A stretch of 63,997 bases of DNA, counting the filler, from Atractiella rhizophila (Eukaryota), in assembly GCA_021432655.1 (NCBI GenBank). It is 20 parts of 20 records of this genome, joined end to end, with 100 filler letters (N's around TTAATTAATTAA, not from the genome) between each part and the next. Parts side by side here need not be neighbours in the genome. Positions count along the whole stretch, not along the records: positions 32,505 to 35,616 come from MU272579.1; positions 35,717 to 38,825 come from MU272580.1; positions 38,926 to 42,025 come from MU272581.1; positions 42,126 to 45,219 come from MU272582.1; positions 45,320 to 48,407 come from MU272583.1; 15 more parts are not named here. One strand, written 5' to 3'. A program made the translations under genes and the position numbers. The notes beneath the pieces were generated by a model, which saw nothing but the letters and a program-made list of their open reading frames with translations, was not told where the DNA came from and did no database searches. Shown here in pieces: positions 34,421 to 46,513 of this stretch. The first letter of the stretch is position 1, and the number at the start of each line of letters is the position of its first letter.

Positions 34421-35716
34421 CAAAAGGACTGTGTAAGAGTTGTTCTAAATCTTGATAGATTCGCCCATAGGTTGACATCCCAAGTTCGCTTGAGACAGTT
34501 TAGCAGAAGCATTACAAGCAGAGTGAGTGATGATGGAGTGAGATGTTCCATAGATGGAGTGAAGCTTTGCAACAATGGATGTTGCAAGGTCCTTGTTTGG
34601 GGCAATTTCGTTGCTGAGCTGAAAGGTCGATGTTCAGACAGAGGACAGCGATTGCATTGGCATCCCCAGCATCGTATTCAATCACGTCCATCTCCCATGC
34701 CGTCTTTGTGGCTTCCAATGCATCGTCTCCAGGACAAACAGGTTTCTGGCGGATAAATCCATCATCCAGCTTTTGATCTAGGCAATATCATTAAACTTTT
34801 AGGCTCTTGAGTCTGGGGACAATAGCCTTTCACCATTGTTCAAGCCCAACCCTCAAAATTGGAGGTGTATTGTTGATGGCATGGTTTACACATAGCAATT
34901 CCTGGACCCTCCATGGGACATAAGAAGAAGAAGAAGAAGAAGGTGCAGACAAAGTTAAAGGTCCAGTGAGTGAAGAAATATAACACCTAATCTAACACGG
35001 CCTTGGATGGATTGAAAGTACCTCGTAACAACTTGGCAATGTGCTTCAACACCTGAAGGATGTAGCCTGTTCTCATGGAGTATGGCACCAATTAGAGGAT
35101 GATCAAATGGGAATACCTCCTTTTATCTGTACAGAGTGTTGGTGCTTTTGCAATGGGGATCAACCAACAATATCCTCCTATAGGTCACTGTAGGTCCTGA
35201 ATTCACAAAGACTACAATGTCAACACTCCTAGGAATCAGCATTCTCCAGCTACAGGACCACAGGTCTTTTCTTGCGACAATGCTTCTTTACCTACCGGGA
35301 ACATTCAAACCAAACGCTCCTTTCTTGCCTATTCGGACCAAGATTATCCAACATGACCTTCCCTATTCCTGATCGTGATTGCTTCTGGCGTCCCAAATCT
35401 GTCGACAGGTCGTCCTCTACTCGTAGAATAAATTCTTGAAGGCCTGGTGACAGGGGGAAGTGTCGAAGCTGCTGGAGGAGGTCGATCTGGTGTTGTTGGG
35501 CAGATTTAGAGTGGGTCTGGAGACTCTGAGAATCTAGGCATGTGAACTCCTGTCCAAGGATCTCTCTGCATGGTGTACTGACGAGGTGGGGGTGTTTTAG
35601 GCCGTTCAGGTACGAGNNNNNNNNNNNNNNNNNNNNNNNNNNNNNNNNNNNNNNNNNNNNTTAATTAATTAANNNNNNNNNNNNNNNNNNNNNNNNNNNN
35701 NNNNNNNNNNNNNNNN

Positions 35717-37030
35717 CATGGCGATGTGTACGTATATTTACATTTATTCTCCTCGTGTACAGAGTATTAACTGGTCTGTTACATAGATGCGGCCCCAAAC
35801 TTCAAGCTCAAGTATTTCAGGTCTCAAAACTGGCCGGACGAGTGGATCGAGGAAGTGGAGCGCCTTACGAAAGAATACTTGGAGAAGAACTATCCTGAAG
35901 CACTCAGGATTTCCGAGAGCTTGAGCTCAAGCAGACCCACACAGAAATCTGTTCGTTTTGAGTTTGCTATTGATAGGAACTTTGTGCTAACAATCAATCT
36001 AGGCAGTTCAAGACAACTCGAGTTTTTTTGACAACCTTCTCAGCAGTAACAGCAGCACAAGCGCTAACCACGACCCTTTGAAGAGTCTCTGGGATCAGTA
36101 TAGTACCGAAGGAGTTGTCGAGGATGTTGGAAATCCATTGCAATGGTGGGCAGCCTGCATGAAAGAGGCAGAGAAGAAGGGGCACGTGGATTATCTTGCG
36201 CAATGGGGTTTGGGTTTGGATGTTCTGTCCACACCAGGTAAGCTCGTATCCTTTATCTCTTTGCTCTTTGGCTCTGACTAACTGTATCTGCAAGTGATCT
36301 TGATCGACGTTGAACGAATCTTCTCCATCACCGGCAATACCATCACTCCCCGCCGAAATCGACTCTCTCCGGAAAGTTCCCGTGCAGCAGTTGTCCTTGG
36401 TGCCTGGAGTAAATTTGATGGAGCAGACTTTCTAGCGAGGACAGAGCTTGAGGCGGAGTTGACTGGGGGTTGGGAGCGTGCAGGCAAGGGGAAGGGAAGA
36501 AGAGAGGGCGGTCTGCTGCAGCAGATGAGATGGAAGATGGAGAGGGTGTGAGTAGCAAGGTAGTTGTTATCGAAGACAACTGACCTTTGAAAAAAGTGTC
36601 TGAGGGCTTAAGGCTGGAAGGTCTTATTGCTTCAAGTTCTTCGGTCTGTCCTTTTGCATCAGCGTAACTTAGAGGGACTATAGCTTTACTTGTTGGGTTT
36701 ATTTCCTGCAAAGTATCTGCCATACTGAAATTGGATGATCTTATAATAATAACATTTAAACTGGAAAAGATATCAATTAAATTTCAACTCGTAAGTACCC
36801 GTTCTATGACAAGTACTCATTAACTTGTGCTCGTGAGTACCCTGGCAAGACAACGAGTACTTTTTAGCTACATGGGTTATCTGTACTCGTCCATACTCGT
36901 TTACAGCACGAGTACTCTCAGGTAATACTCGCGAGTTAAGGGTGCTTGTGCTGTGCGAGTACAACGAGCGTCGAGCTGAGGTTTTACTTGTCAATTACTC
37001 GTGAGTTTGGGTACCCAAACTCGCGAATCA
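35717..37030 (+). mobile_element. hAT DNA transposon, 3' part (dimerisation domain and subterminal repeats)
   Basis: PNFKLKYFRSQNWPDEWI, NPLQWW, LDVLSTP|..DVERIFSITGNTITPRRNRLSPES..VVLGAW. Downstream, 36790-37025 carries many TACTCG/CGAGTA motifs and a 20-bp palindrome. Confidence 0.85.
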
Positions 37031-37089
37031 GACTCATCGGCAACTCTACCTCATCCAACGCTGACGACTCAGAGGCTAAGAAGATATGT

Positions 37090-38250
37090 CATGGCCACGA
37101 ACTTTTTCTTATGCCAACCATGTGCGTGCAAAAGGATCATCTGTCACAACACCGACTTCCAACCCGATGGCCCTAACACAGGCCCAAGGCTCAGTGATAA
37201 TCTGTTGGACCAAGTGCCAACGTCCGGAGCCGGTCTTATCGTCTCCTCGATAAGAACTCGCAGCCAAGCCCCTGGTATGTAGTTCTAAATTATGTCGACT
37301 TGCTAATCCAGCATATAGAGGCATCTATAAGCTCTCGAGCTAGTCGAACAAGCCAAGTATCATCCCAGCCTGTCATCAAAAGAGCAAGAACGAACCCAGT
37401 GTCCAACATGTATCCTCCTGACCAGTCATTCTCTTCAAGCTTTCGCGATGTAAGATGCTCACCATGGTTGAAAGTAAATGCAGTCTTTTCTAATCCAGAA
37501 ATTGACTCGGAAGGGATGTTCTTGGACGGGCTCAGAGCGAACGTCATCCGCTCTGCGAGCACGAGAAGTGGTTCGATGAAATGCGCTTAGATGTCCTTTA
37601 ATATGAGAAGGCTTGAGGCAGTCGAGGAAGAAACCCAAGCACTTCACGTTCTTCCACGAGATCGACATGCTGAGCAAGCAAACTCAAGATTTCATATGCT
37701 ACCTCTTCTTCCCAAAAGTGCTCAACCTATTCAGAAGAAGAATGCCACGAAGCCTCCAGTCTACATTCTTGATCTTGTGTTCTATAACAGATTCCCTCTC
37801 TCCAGTCGTATTCAATTAAATGCTGTGCTAAATCTCAATTTTGATCTTAGCTTCCCAGACATATTCACAGATGAGCAACAGGCTCAACTGATGCCCTACC
37901 TCAATGCTATCAAGAACGGTGACCTGGACACTCGTTGTAAGCTTCCCGACCTTAATGACGACACCGAATCTATTGATTTGGAAGAGGAGTCTGAAGGGGA
38001 TGTTCAAGAATTTGCTAAGGAGGACCATGCTGGACATCGTGGCACTGGTCAAATAAGGTGGAATTCGAGAAAACAAGCGGCAGAGAATGATCGAAGGAAC
38101 CAGTTTGAGTGAGGTTACGATGGCTTTAGGCAAGAGGAGCAAGAAGAGGAAGCTGACTGGGATTACAACATTGACGATGATGATGATGGAGATTGTGGGA
38201 TGAAGACTTGGATTTGGATGACATTGGCGAAGAGGATACAGGGGAGTTAT
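37090..38250 (+). pseudogene. Intron-containing degenerate gene of unknown family
   Basis: Clear GTATGT..CTAAT..TAG and GTAAGA..CTAAT..CAG introns. The spliced frame has TGA stops (VVR*NALRCPLI*EG) and an acidic tail. Confidence 0.35.
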
Positions 38251-39342
38251 GAAGAATAAAGTTATTTCTCTCTTTTGATTCGATTGCTTGATTTTCCTTT
38301 GTTTCACACTCCTTTAGTACATTCTCACTCACTTATTCTATCGTTCCATATAACATTCAATGATATCATTATAAAGAAAGGGATTCCATGATTAATGTTA
38401 ATGAGGTCAGATGGGTCTCGACAGTATGGCCTTACTTAAGATGGTGATAGCTGAGGCGAACTCAGATGTACCCTCACCACATGCACAGTTCTTCTATACG
38501 CTGTTGTAAACATGGATGAGGAGTCCATCCAATTCTCTTTCCCTTGACCCCGGTATTCCCACTCTCTGAATAGCTCGGCAAGAAGATGCTTATAAATGAT
38601 GCTCCTTTCAGCTTAATTTCAGCGCTACATCGCTCATCTTTTCCAGCAAGTCGTTATATGTGGTCGAGTCTACCTTATTGCATTCCAGCCATTACAGCAT
38701 TTCTTGGTTCTCGAATCATCAAGACGATGCTGTTGATTCCAAGGGTCGAAAGGAATGAATTACAATGAAGTTACAATGGGCTTTTTATACCTTAAGGAAC
38801 TCGGCAAAATGAGGGAAACGGCAAANNNNNNNNNNNNNNNNNNNNNNNNNNNNNNNNNNNNNNNNNNNNTTAATTAATTAANNNNNNNNNNNNNNNNNNN
38901 NNNNNNNNNNNNNNNNNNNNNNNNNGATGACACAACCAACGACTTTGTCGGTTTCCAACAATGTGTTGCAGGGTGTGCGTTTCAATTTAACAACAAAAGC
39001 CCATCCGAGAAACGTGCAGTGAGTACTTTCTAATGATTTTCGCACGAGAGGCAAATATTGACAGACCATTTTCATATTTTGTTGATTATTTGGAGCAATT
39101 AGCATTTTGCGTTGTGCGAAAAACGCTACAAATTGCCTGTCGATCCATTGGGCGATTTGTGTGCGCTCCAACTTGGAGCTCTGCCTCGTGAAAATGCATG
39201 GTGGTTGATTGATTGAGCCGTATGTCAGGGCGCTCAGACTGGGTTTGACGACATCACAGGAGCTGTTCCGCCTCCCCCCTTTCTTGATGTGCAGTGCATA
39301 TAAATACATTCGACATCGATGAAATTTACAACCTGGACACTA

Positions 39343-42000
39343 TCAAGCATTAGAACTCCTCAGCCTCTTGTTTCCATCTGCTTCCATGGCCACCCATTTC
39401 CTCTTGCTACTCGAAAGAACATTGTCCCGAGCAACTGCTTCGTCTGTCCGACTTCTCCACGTTCCCTTCTCGTCCTTAGGCGCCTCCAGTAAAACTTTCG
39501 ACATAAACTTGTGAGTACTCATTCGAGCAATCCTCTGGTCGGCTCTCTCATTAGCCACCTCCGTTATATTCTCTGGCGCTTCATAGTCCTGCAAGCCATC
39601 AAGGATTTGATCAACAAGATCTTTGCGAGCGCCAAACGGTCAGAAAGACTTCGTAAGATCTTTCCCAGTAGCTGCTGAAGCTCGTTAGTAGTGACCTTGA
39701 GGTAGCCAGCACCATCCATTATGATACCCTGTCGACCGGCAACCGTTGACCCAACGTCACTATGCGTCCTGTTGAAGAGGCGAAAGAAGACGGTTATGTT
39801 CAGCATCGGTCAACTCATTTTGTGCATGTGATATAACCGTCCAGGTCAGAACATGTCGTCTTCGGGCTCGTGGGGGACATCCTCCTCTGAGAGGATTCCT
39901 TCTAAGAGTCGACGAGACATGAACTCATAAGTGCCCTGTCGCACAGTCACCCGATGCACGAGAGTATCGAGAAAATGCGTACTGTTCGCTCTCGGGAAGT
40001 AGGGGGCTCGCTTGTTTTTTTTTCGCAAACTCCCAATCAATCAAATAACCCTTTAGCCATCTTCAATTGGGCCAAGAAGGATATTCCCGAAAGAGACATC
40101 ACGGTGCAGCATTTTGAGGTTTCTTTATGCTGCATAGTGAGCTGTGTACTAACTATGAGGCATCATATTCATTTCCCGGGAAGACAGGAGCAGCTCACCC
40201 TCAAAACCGTCTAAAAATCCCTTCACGAGCTCGTAACTAGTTCTGGATTTGCTGAGCGGCCGTCCGACCTTGTCCCAAACAATTCGATAATGTACCAGCT
40301 CAGTTTCGTCTCTTTCGGCCATCGATAGCTTGGCGCGTTGGAATTTGCCCCCAACCTCGCCCTCGGCAACAACTTGGAGGATATTTGGAACCTTGTGTCG
40401 GTGCAGCTCGGTGTAGATTTAACCTGCGGAGAGGTATTCAGATCGTCGCCAGGTGTCTTTGAGGAGGACGAGGCGTTTGTGTTCGGGGTCGTAAGCCTCG
40501 AAGCATCTTGTTCCTCGACCGATAGGTTGATTGTGGCGAAAGATGACGGGTTCTGAAAGGTAGAACGCCTTGTTTTCCACCTATACCTTGAAGATCAGGT
40601 TACCAGCTGTAACATTGAGCTTCGCCTTAGCCTCTTCGGCATGGTCATCATCTTCGGGAAGGCTCTGCATTGTCGTATCATGTCCCCTTTCGGCATCGTC
40701 CGCGTGCGTATAGCGCCAAAAAAATTCGCAGAAGTGGGGGGTCGTAACGTAGTCGAACGAGGGGTCACTAGGAATCCGGCACGAGAATGACAGAGAAGAT
40801 GAGCGGAGTGCTCGCGAACACAGAACGAGAAGACTAGTCTTCTCGTTCTCTGTTGCGATGAAAGAACGCTGCTGTAAATGGTAATTTGGCCCCGCGCCAA
40901 TTTTGCAGCCTGTGAGTTGCCTTCTGACACCTTGCCATCCTTCCCATCGCGAAAGGGCTCATCCTTGCGTACCCTCTTGAACTCACCAAACGACTCCGCT
41001 CTCTTCATGACCGTATTAGTCTCCCCAAGGTAACAATAGAGGACTATATCAGGTTTAATGCCGACCCCATGAACTTGGAGAAAATCTCGATCGGTCTTGC
41101 CGCTAGTGTTCACGAGCTCCCACGTTTCATTGACGAAAGGCCTCATGTACGTTATCTAAAGCCATAAATATGAAAAGGAAGTTCTAAGAGAAGAATGTGC
41201 TCACGAAGGCGTCGTAGTGAGTGAGTTCAACTCCTGAAACATCGGGCGCTGGGTGGGAGCAGTCTGGTAGGTCCCCGCACGACGGCAGCATTTGTAGAAA
41301 CTTGTCTACAGACAATGTTGCGTATTTCCCCATCATATCGCCACAGACGAACTCGTGGGCATCCTCATTCTCTGTCGCTGGAATGATTTGACTGTCATGG
41401 TTGGAACTGCTGGCTAGCAGCTTTGGAGTCCGTCTTATTAGAGAGGGATTGGCGGAGTTGCTGGCTGGGGGAGTAGTAACTTCGGGATGAGAGGTAAGGG
41501 GCACTCGGGCTCGTGGGCATCGAAATCGATGGACAGCACTTGAGCAGACCCATCGCCCGAGGGGTCCGAGCCTGTCTGAGTTAAAACGGGTCTCAAAACT
41601 GGTCGTGCGAAATTGCCAGCAGACCCGTCGCCCAAGGGGTCGGAGTTGGTCAACGTTGGTCGGCGATAAACCTGGTCGACCAGTTTTGACCCGCTTTTTG
41701 GCTGCAAATGTTCTCAAAATTGAAGCGCAAAACCACCTCTGACAAACTTGGAAGGCGGCGGGTGCTCTGTTCTTCAGCTCGTGCGGGATCACACTCTGGC
41801 AGTGTAAATATCTCCTTGGGTTCTTCGGCATGTCGTCCTTCGTCTGACTCGCTTGATTTCCGTCCGTTGGGATTGCTTGACAACTGCAGAGGAGGAGGGA
41901 GGATGGTTAGCCTTTGCGGGATCTTGTTGACGGCTGTCCAGTGAATGGCAGCAACCTCAGAAAGACGTGGTTGGGTGAGGACAGGTTCGCCTGGCAACAT
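39343..42000 (-). pseudogene. Fungal-specific protein kinase (FunK1, Pkinase_fungal) pseudogene
   Basis: GEFK, ARGQITIYS, GRGTRCF, LLKDTWR, HYRIV, LHRDVS.GNI, GYLIDWEFAK, GTYEFMS. Frameshift in a C-run at ~40761-40764, stops at 40581, 40419 and 40125, and a second frameshift near 40055. Confidence 0.88.
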
Positions 42001-42125
42001 GTTTCATTGTCCACACAGGAAAATANNNNNNNNNNNNNNNNNNNNNNNNNNNNNNNNNNNNNNNNNNNNTTAATTAATTAANNNNNNNNNNNNNNNNNNN
42101 NNNNNNNNNNNNNNNNNNNNNNNNN

Positions 42126-42806
42126 ATCTTACGGAAACTCCATCAATGACGCTCTTCAGATTGACATTGTTTTGTAGAGCGTAAAGAGGTCCGACGGTGA
42201 GCCAGAGGTCGTAGAGCGTGTCTTCGCATCCGTCGTTATCAACAACAACACTGTAGGAAGGGAAAAGCAACTAACCATCGAAACGATAGTACTGAGGAGA
42301 AACAGTTAGTGCAAGTTCTTCATTCTAATAAAGGACAAGACACACGTCGACGATTCGCACACCGCTCACAGTGGTGCCGGTCTCATTGTATACAGCAGTG
42401 ACAGTATAGGCTTGGGTGCAGAAGGGGTTAGCAAGAGGATCGCTTTTCAACGGAGCAAATCAGTGCGCGGCAGTAGGTTTGTGTCAGAGGAGCTCACGTA
42501 GATCCAGATGCAGCTTGGGCTTCATCCCAAATCGTCTTGGGAACAAAACCCTGTGCAGAAAGTGAGCACACTGATTGTTAAATGAATGTGAAAGTAAAGA
42601 CGAACAATGTAATCATTCTTGGAGAATGTAACCTGACAAGCTCCCCTAGGAGATCCTCCATCGATAGCAATCCTAATCCAATCTGTTAAACTGTTACACT
42701 AACTTGAGAAGACTCACTCTCGTCCCTTGACACCAGTAATCTCAGTTTGTCCAGCTACGCTAGAGACAAGTGCCACAAGAGCGCAGACAGTAGCAAACAC
42801 TTTCAT
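42126..42806 (-). CDS. Small secreted RlpA-like double-psi beta-barrel (expansin/loosenin-like) protein; 3' partial
   Basis: ATG at 42806 opens signal peptide MKVFATVCALVALVSSVAG. Spliced continuation: GGSPRGACQVTFSKNDYI|GFVP...NPFCTQAYTVTAVYNETGTTVSGVRIVD...DGCEDTLYDLWLT. Only the last exon shows in the ORF track. Confidence 0.65.
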
Positions 42807-43422
42807 CTTCAGGTAAATCTGGAGGTGTCAAGGTGAATAGAGTTGCAGAAGGGATGGAATGGGAAGTTGAGCCTCGCTGGTCTTTTATGGCGATGGCGCG
42901 GAGAATAGATGCTGAGATTATTAGGACTCGGCTCTGGGTGTAGGCGCACATATGACACACCACACTACTTCTGTGCGAAATGCCGTGCTGTTGTCGTGGC
43001 CGTGTGTTCACAACGGTGGAGAATATACTAACAGTCTGTTGCATCATGCGTAAACCTCCTCTTTCCACTGGCACCAAACACATTCGTCGCTAAGATCGAT
43101 AATCGATGGCATGATGAGAGTTCCACGCTTTTCCCAATCCAGCTTAACTTTGTTCAATCATCATTCATCTTGAAGCGATAAAGCCGAGATTTGGATGGTA
43201 AGTAGTTGATTGCCCACCCACTTCTTGTGCCAATTTGTGCACCTGAAACTTTGCCTCGAAGCCGCGTTGAAGAAGCGGCTCCATTGGAATAATGTTTAGC
43301 TGGGTAGAAGCAACATAACATAGTAATGCATCCATGGAAAATGTTGAAAGTGAGACTGAAAACAAATCCTCAATGATGGAAAGCCGAAGAAAACGAATTC
43401 CCAAGAAAGACACGTGAGATAT

Positions 43423-45219
43423 TCAAGACGCGACTGTCCCGAGCGTCGCGTTCATGCCTGCGTCGCTCTCGAAAACTTCAATGCCGCTCTTGGCACCATC
43501 CACTCTCCAGCTCTTCGCTCTATCAAATGCAGCGTCAGACCTATCAAGAAGTAGGCCAAGTTCTTCGTCTGTCATGACGACCGTCTGCTTGTCTGCAAGC
43601 TTAATGTCGTTCAAACCGAGGATGTCCTCCTCGTCCACTTGATACGCGAGCCGATCTTGCTGTTCCCCTGGAACTTTGAAGTTCCCTTTCTCGATCACCA
43701 TCTGACCCAATTTGCGTTTGAGCCCCGCTTTCTTCAGCATCCTTGATTCGACAGTAGAGCCACAGACGAGGCGGAAGACGAGAACGGGGGAGGTTTGCCC
43801 AATACGATGGGAGCGATCGATGGCCTGCATATCGACGGTAGGGTTCCAATCTGAATCAAAGAGGATGACGGTGTCGGCCTATTCGACTAGTCAACAGGAA
43901 TTAATTCAGAGATAACGACAAGACGTACAGCAGTGAGGTTGATTCCCACACCTCCTGCTCGTGTGCTCAGGAGGAAGAGCTTTGGATCACCTTCCCCTTG
44001 TCCTTCAGTGAAACGCCGCATCTCTTCAACTCTCTCGTCTTGCTTTGAACTTCCGTCAATCCGAGCAGGTGCGGGCCATCCTTTAATTTCCACCGCCCAA
44101 TCTGTAACATGGATCGACACTTACCATCAAGAAGACAAGAGAGAAGACCTACCCTCAATGACATCTAACATAGATGTGAATTGGGAGAAGAGAAGTACTT
44201 TATGGTTCTGAGCAAACAAACGTTCTAATAATCGATCAAGCACTGCAGTCGCATTATCAGCGTCACGAGAAAGGAGAGAAGAGCAAGACTGACAGAACAT
44301 CTTGCCCGATGCATTGACGAGGTCGTCGCTCATGCTAGGCAAACCAGTATCGGGATCCTTAGGCCAGTCCATAAGCCACGGCTAATGCCATTCCGAGAAG
44401 ACATTAGGACAACGAAGAGAGGAAGGAAGGCAGGACGGACATGATTACAGATTTTTCTTAGTTGCATGACGACATTCTGCAACTTGAGATTATTGACCTC
44501 TTTCTTCGCTTTCTTTAAATCATATTCCTTCCTCCTCTCATCTTCATTTCCCCTCTCCACCCTCGCTAAAGCCTCCTTCTCATCTATCTCCTTGTTGAGC
44601 TGTCTCAAGAACGCCTTCTCCGACAGCCCTTCAAAATCATTTTCCCGATAAAACCGTTTCTTCCCCCGTCCCCTTCGAAATGGGCGACTTCCGCTGACAG
44701 AAGGGCTCTCTGTGTCAGAGGAGGCGATGGAGACGGTGCTTGCGTTAGGAGTCTTGGGAGGTGAGATTTCGGTTGCACCGTCGTCCAGTTTTGAATGGAG
44801 GAGCACATCTCGAATCTGCCCCTTCAGCACGGCGTCGTAGAGTGTCTTCTGCTGTTGGGTTAGGGGGCAAGAGAGGAGGTACTCCTAGGTCATTCGTTCA
44901 CATCAGCGTTCGTCGAGTTCAAAGGACTGACCTTCTTCCTTGGTATATCCCTCTCTACCTCCGCTTTCACCCTCCTTAATAGAAAAGGCTTCAAGATAAC
45001 GTGCAACTGCTCTACGACAGCTTCGCTCTGTTTGGCATTCAACACATCCGTTTTTTCTTCCTTCGCCTCTTCCGTTCCATCTCCTCCTTGCTCATCGTTT
45101 TCCTCTTCGGTGAAGTTGAACCAAGATGTGAAGTTATCAAGGTCGTCGAATATTTGCGGAAGAATGTAATTGAGTAGAGACCATAATTCAGCAAGATTGT
45201 CTGTTCAAATCAGAATCAG
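43423..45219 (-). CDS. IRC5: SNF2-family chromatin remodeller, LSH/HELLS/DDM1 (yeast Irc5) subfamily; 5' partial
   Basis: [115 protein letters not shown]. Confidence 0.85.
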
Positions 45220-45319
45220 NNNNNNNNNNNNNNNNNNNNNNNNNNNNNNNNNNNNNNNNNNNNTTAATTAATTAANNNNNNNNNNNNNNNNNNNNNNNNN
45301 NNNNNNNNNNNNNNNNNNN

Positions 45320-45521
45320 GTCAGGTTTCGAGAAATGGCAAGTGCGCACAAGAGCCTTCTTCAGAACCTCCTGAACAGCCTGATTCACCGTCCTATATGA
45401 CAACCCAATCGGTACCACTGAACGCGATGAAAGAACGAACTCACATTTTGCCCTTAGGCGCATCAGCCTTCTCCTCTGTAACCTCAACCTCCATGGGCGT
45501 ATCCTCTCCAGCGTCAGACAT
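45320..45521 (-). CDS. RPS12: 40S ribosomal protein S12 (eS12), 5' exons; 3' partial
   Basis: MSDAGEDTPMEVEVTEEKADAPKGKM|TVNQAVQEVLKKALV with intervening GT-AG introns. Confidence 0.85.
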
Positions 45522-45766
45522 TCTTGATATACTATAAAGGACGCTTTCCTAAAGGACTGCCGTAGTCTGCACAACAGGTTCAATTGATTATTCGCTGCGC
45601 CTGAGAAATTGGCATACCTTTTGATCGTTTGTCTTCTAACAAAAATTGGAAAATAGAGGCGCCACACTTGTGATAGGAACGCCGGAGCAATCATTTGGAA
45701 TTGATAAACCTTATTGCCACACCTCCGGTTGGTTCACATTTATCATTAATCAAAGCTCAAAACACG

Positions 45767-46419
45767 ATGTCTTCTGAGAAATTTAACGCGAATCCCACCG
45801 TATTAGTTACTGCATCACGCTCTACGCCTCTCTTACCATCTTTTCTGCTCGATACCGCGGCAACCGCTGATGAAGTGGACGAGTGTGAGATCGACGAAGA
45901 GGAGGTATTTGGTAAATCGTTCATGATCTTATTACTAAAAAGCAAACCTTGACATGTGCCTGGGAAAAGACCTGATACGTTCTATAACGGACCCCGAGCA
46001 TCCTAAGACTCTAGAGCAACTTGCAGTGGTCAAAAAGGAACAAGTCAACATTCGTGGCGATCGTGTTTTTGTTGAATACACACCTACGACTCCAGCTTGC
46101 GGAATGGCATCTATCATTGGTTAGTTACCGTTCTGAAGAATTTGTTCAGTGCTGGATTTTTTCAAAGGTTTAACGATAATCGTTCGACTGATCCAGTCGC
46201 TACCGAATCGGATGAAAGTGCAGATGAGCATCACACCTGGTAGTTACAACCAAGCAAAGCAAGGTCTGTTTATCGATAGCTACTCGATCAGTTCTGAAGA
46301 TCCGGGTAGTGGCTAAGCAGTTGAATGACAAGGAAAGAGTGGCAGCAGCCATGGAAGTGCCCGCCATCATGAACGAGATTAATCGATGTCTTGCTGGCTG
46401 CTCTGGCAGTCTGGTTTGA
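45767..46419 (+). CDS. CIA2: Cytosolic iron-sulfur assembly factor MIP18/FAM96
   Basis: NANP..EIDEEEVF|DLIRSITDPEHPKTLEQLAVV..TPTTPACGMASII|GLTIIVRLIQSLPNRMKV..|VAKQLNDKERVAAAME..RCL. Four exons. Confidence 0.93.
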
Positions 46420-46513
46420 TTTCGCTTGTCTGGTGTCCTCATTGATATTGTACACTGTATGAATAGACGCATTCGCATTGCAATCTGCTATGTTTTGCCA
46501 GAGTGAGTAGGAG

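Larger units (their letters stand above)
33180..34997 (-). mobile_element. Degenerate Ty1/copia LTR retrotransposon (deleted)
   Basis: RNase H end KHLDLHFYWLRD..PADLLTKAL..MMGL (33975-33818). PPT GAGGTGGGAG (33585-33576) sits directly before the TGTTGG-starting 3' LTR. Gag relic DANAIAVLCLNI (~34500-34760). A short LTR-like piece at 34997-34871 reads TGTTAGATTAGGTGTTA...ATGCCATCAACA. Confidence 0.8.

Noticed and set aside
35000..35616. Pro-rich minus-strand frame with stops, possibly another retroelement gag
   Set aside because: No diagnostic motif; too degenerate to assign.
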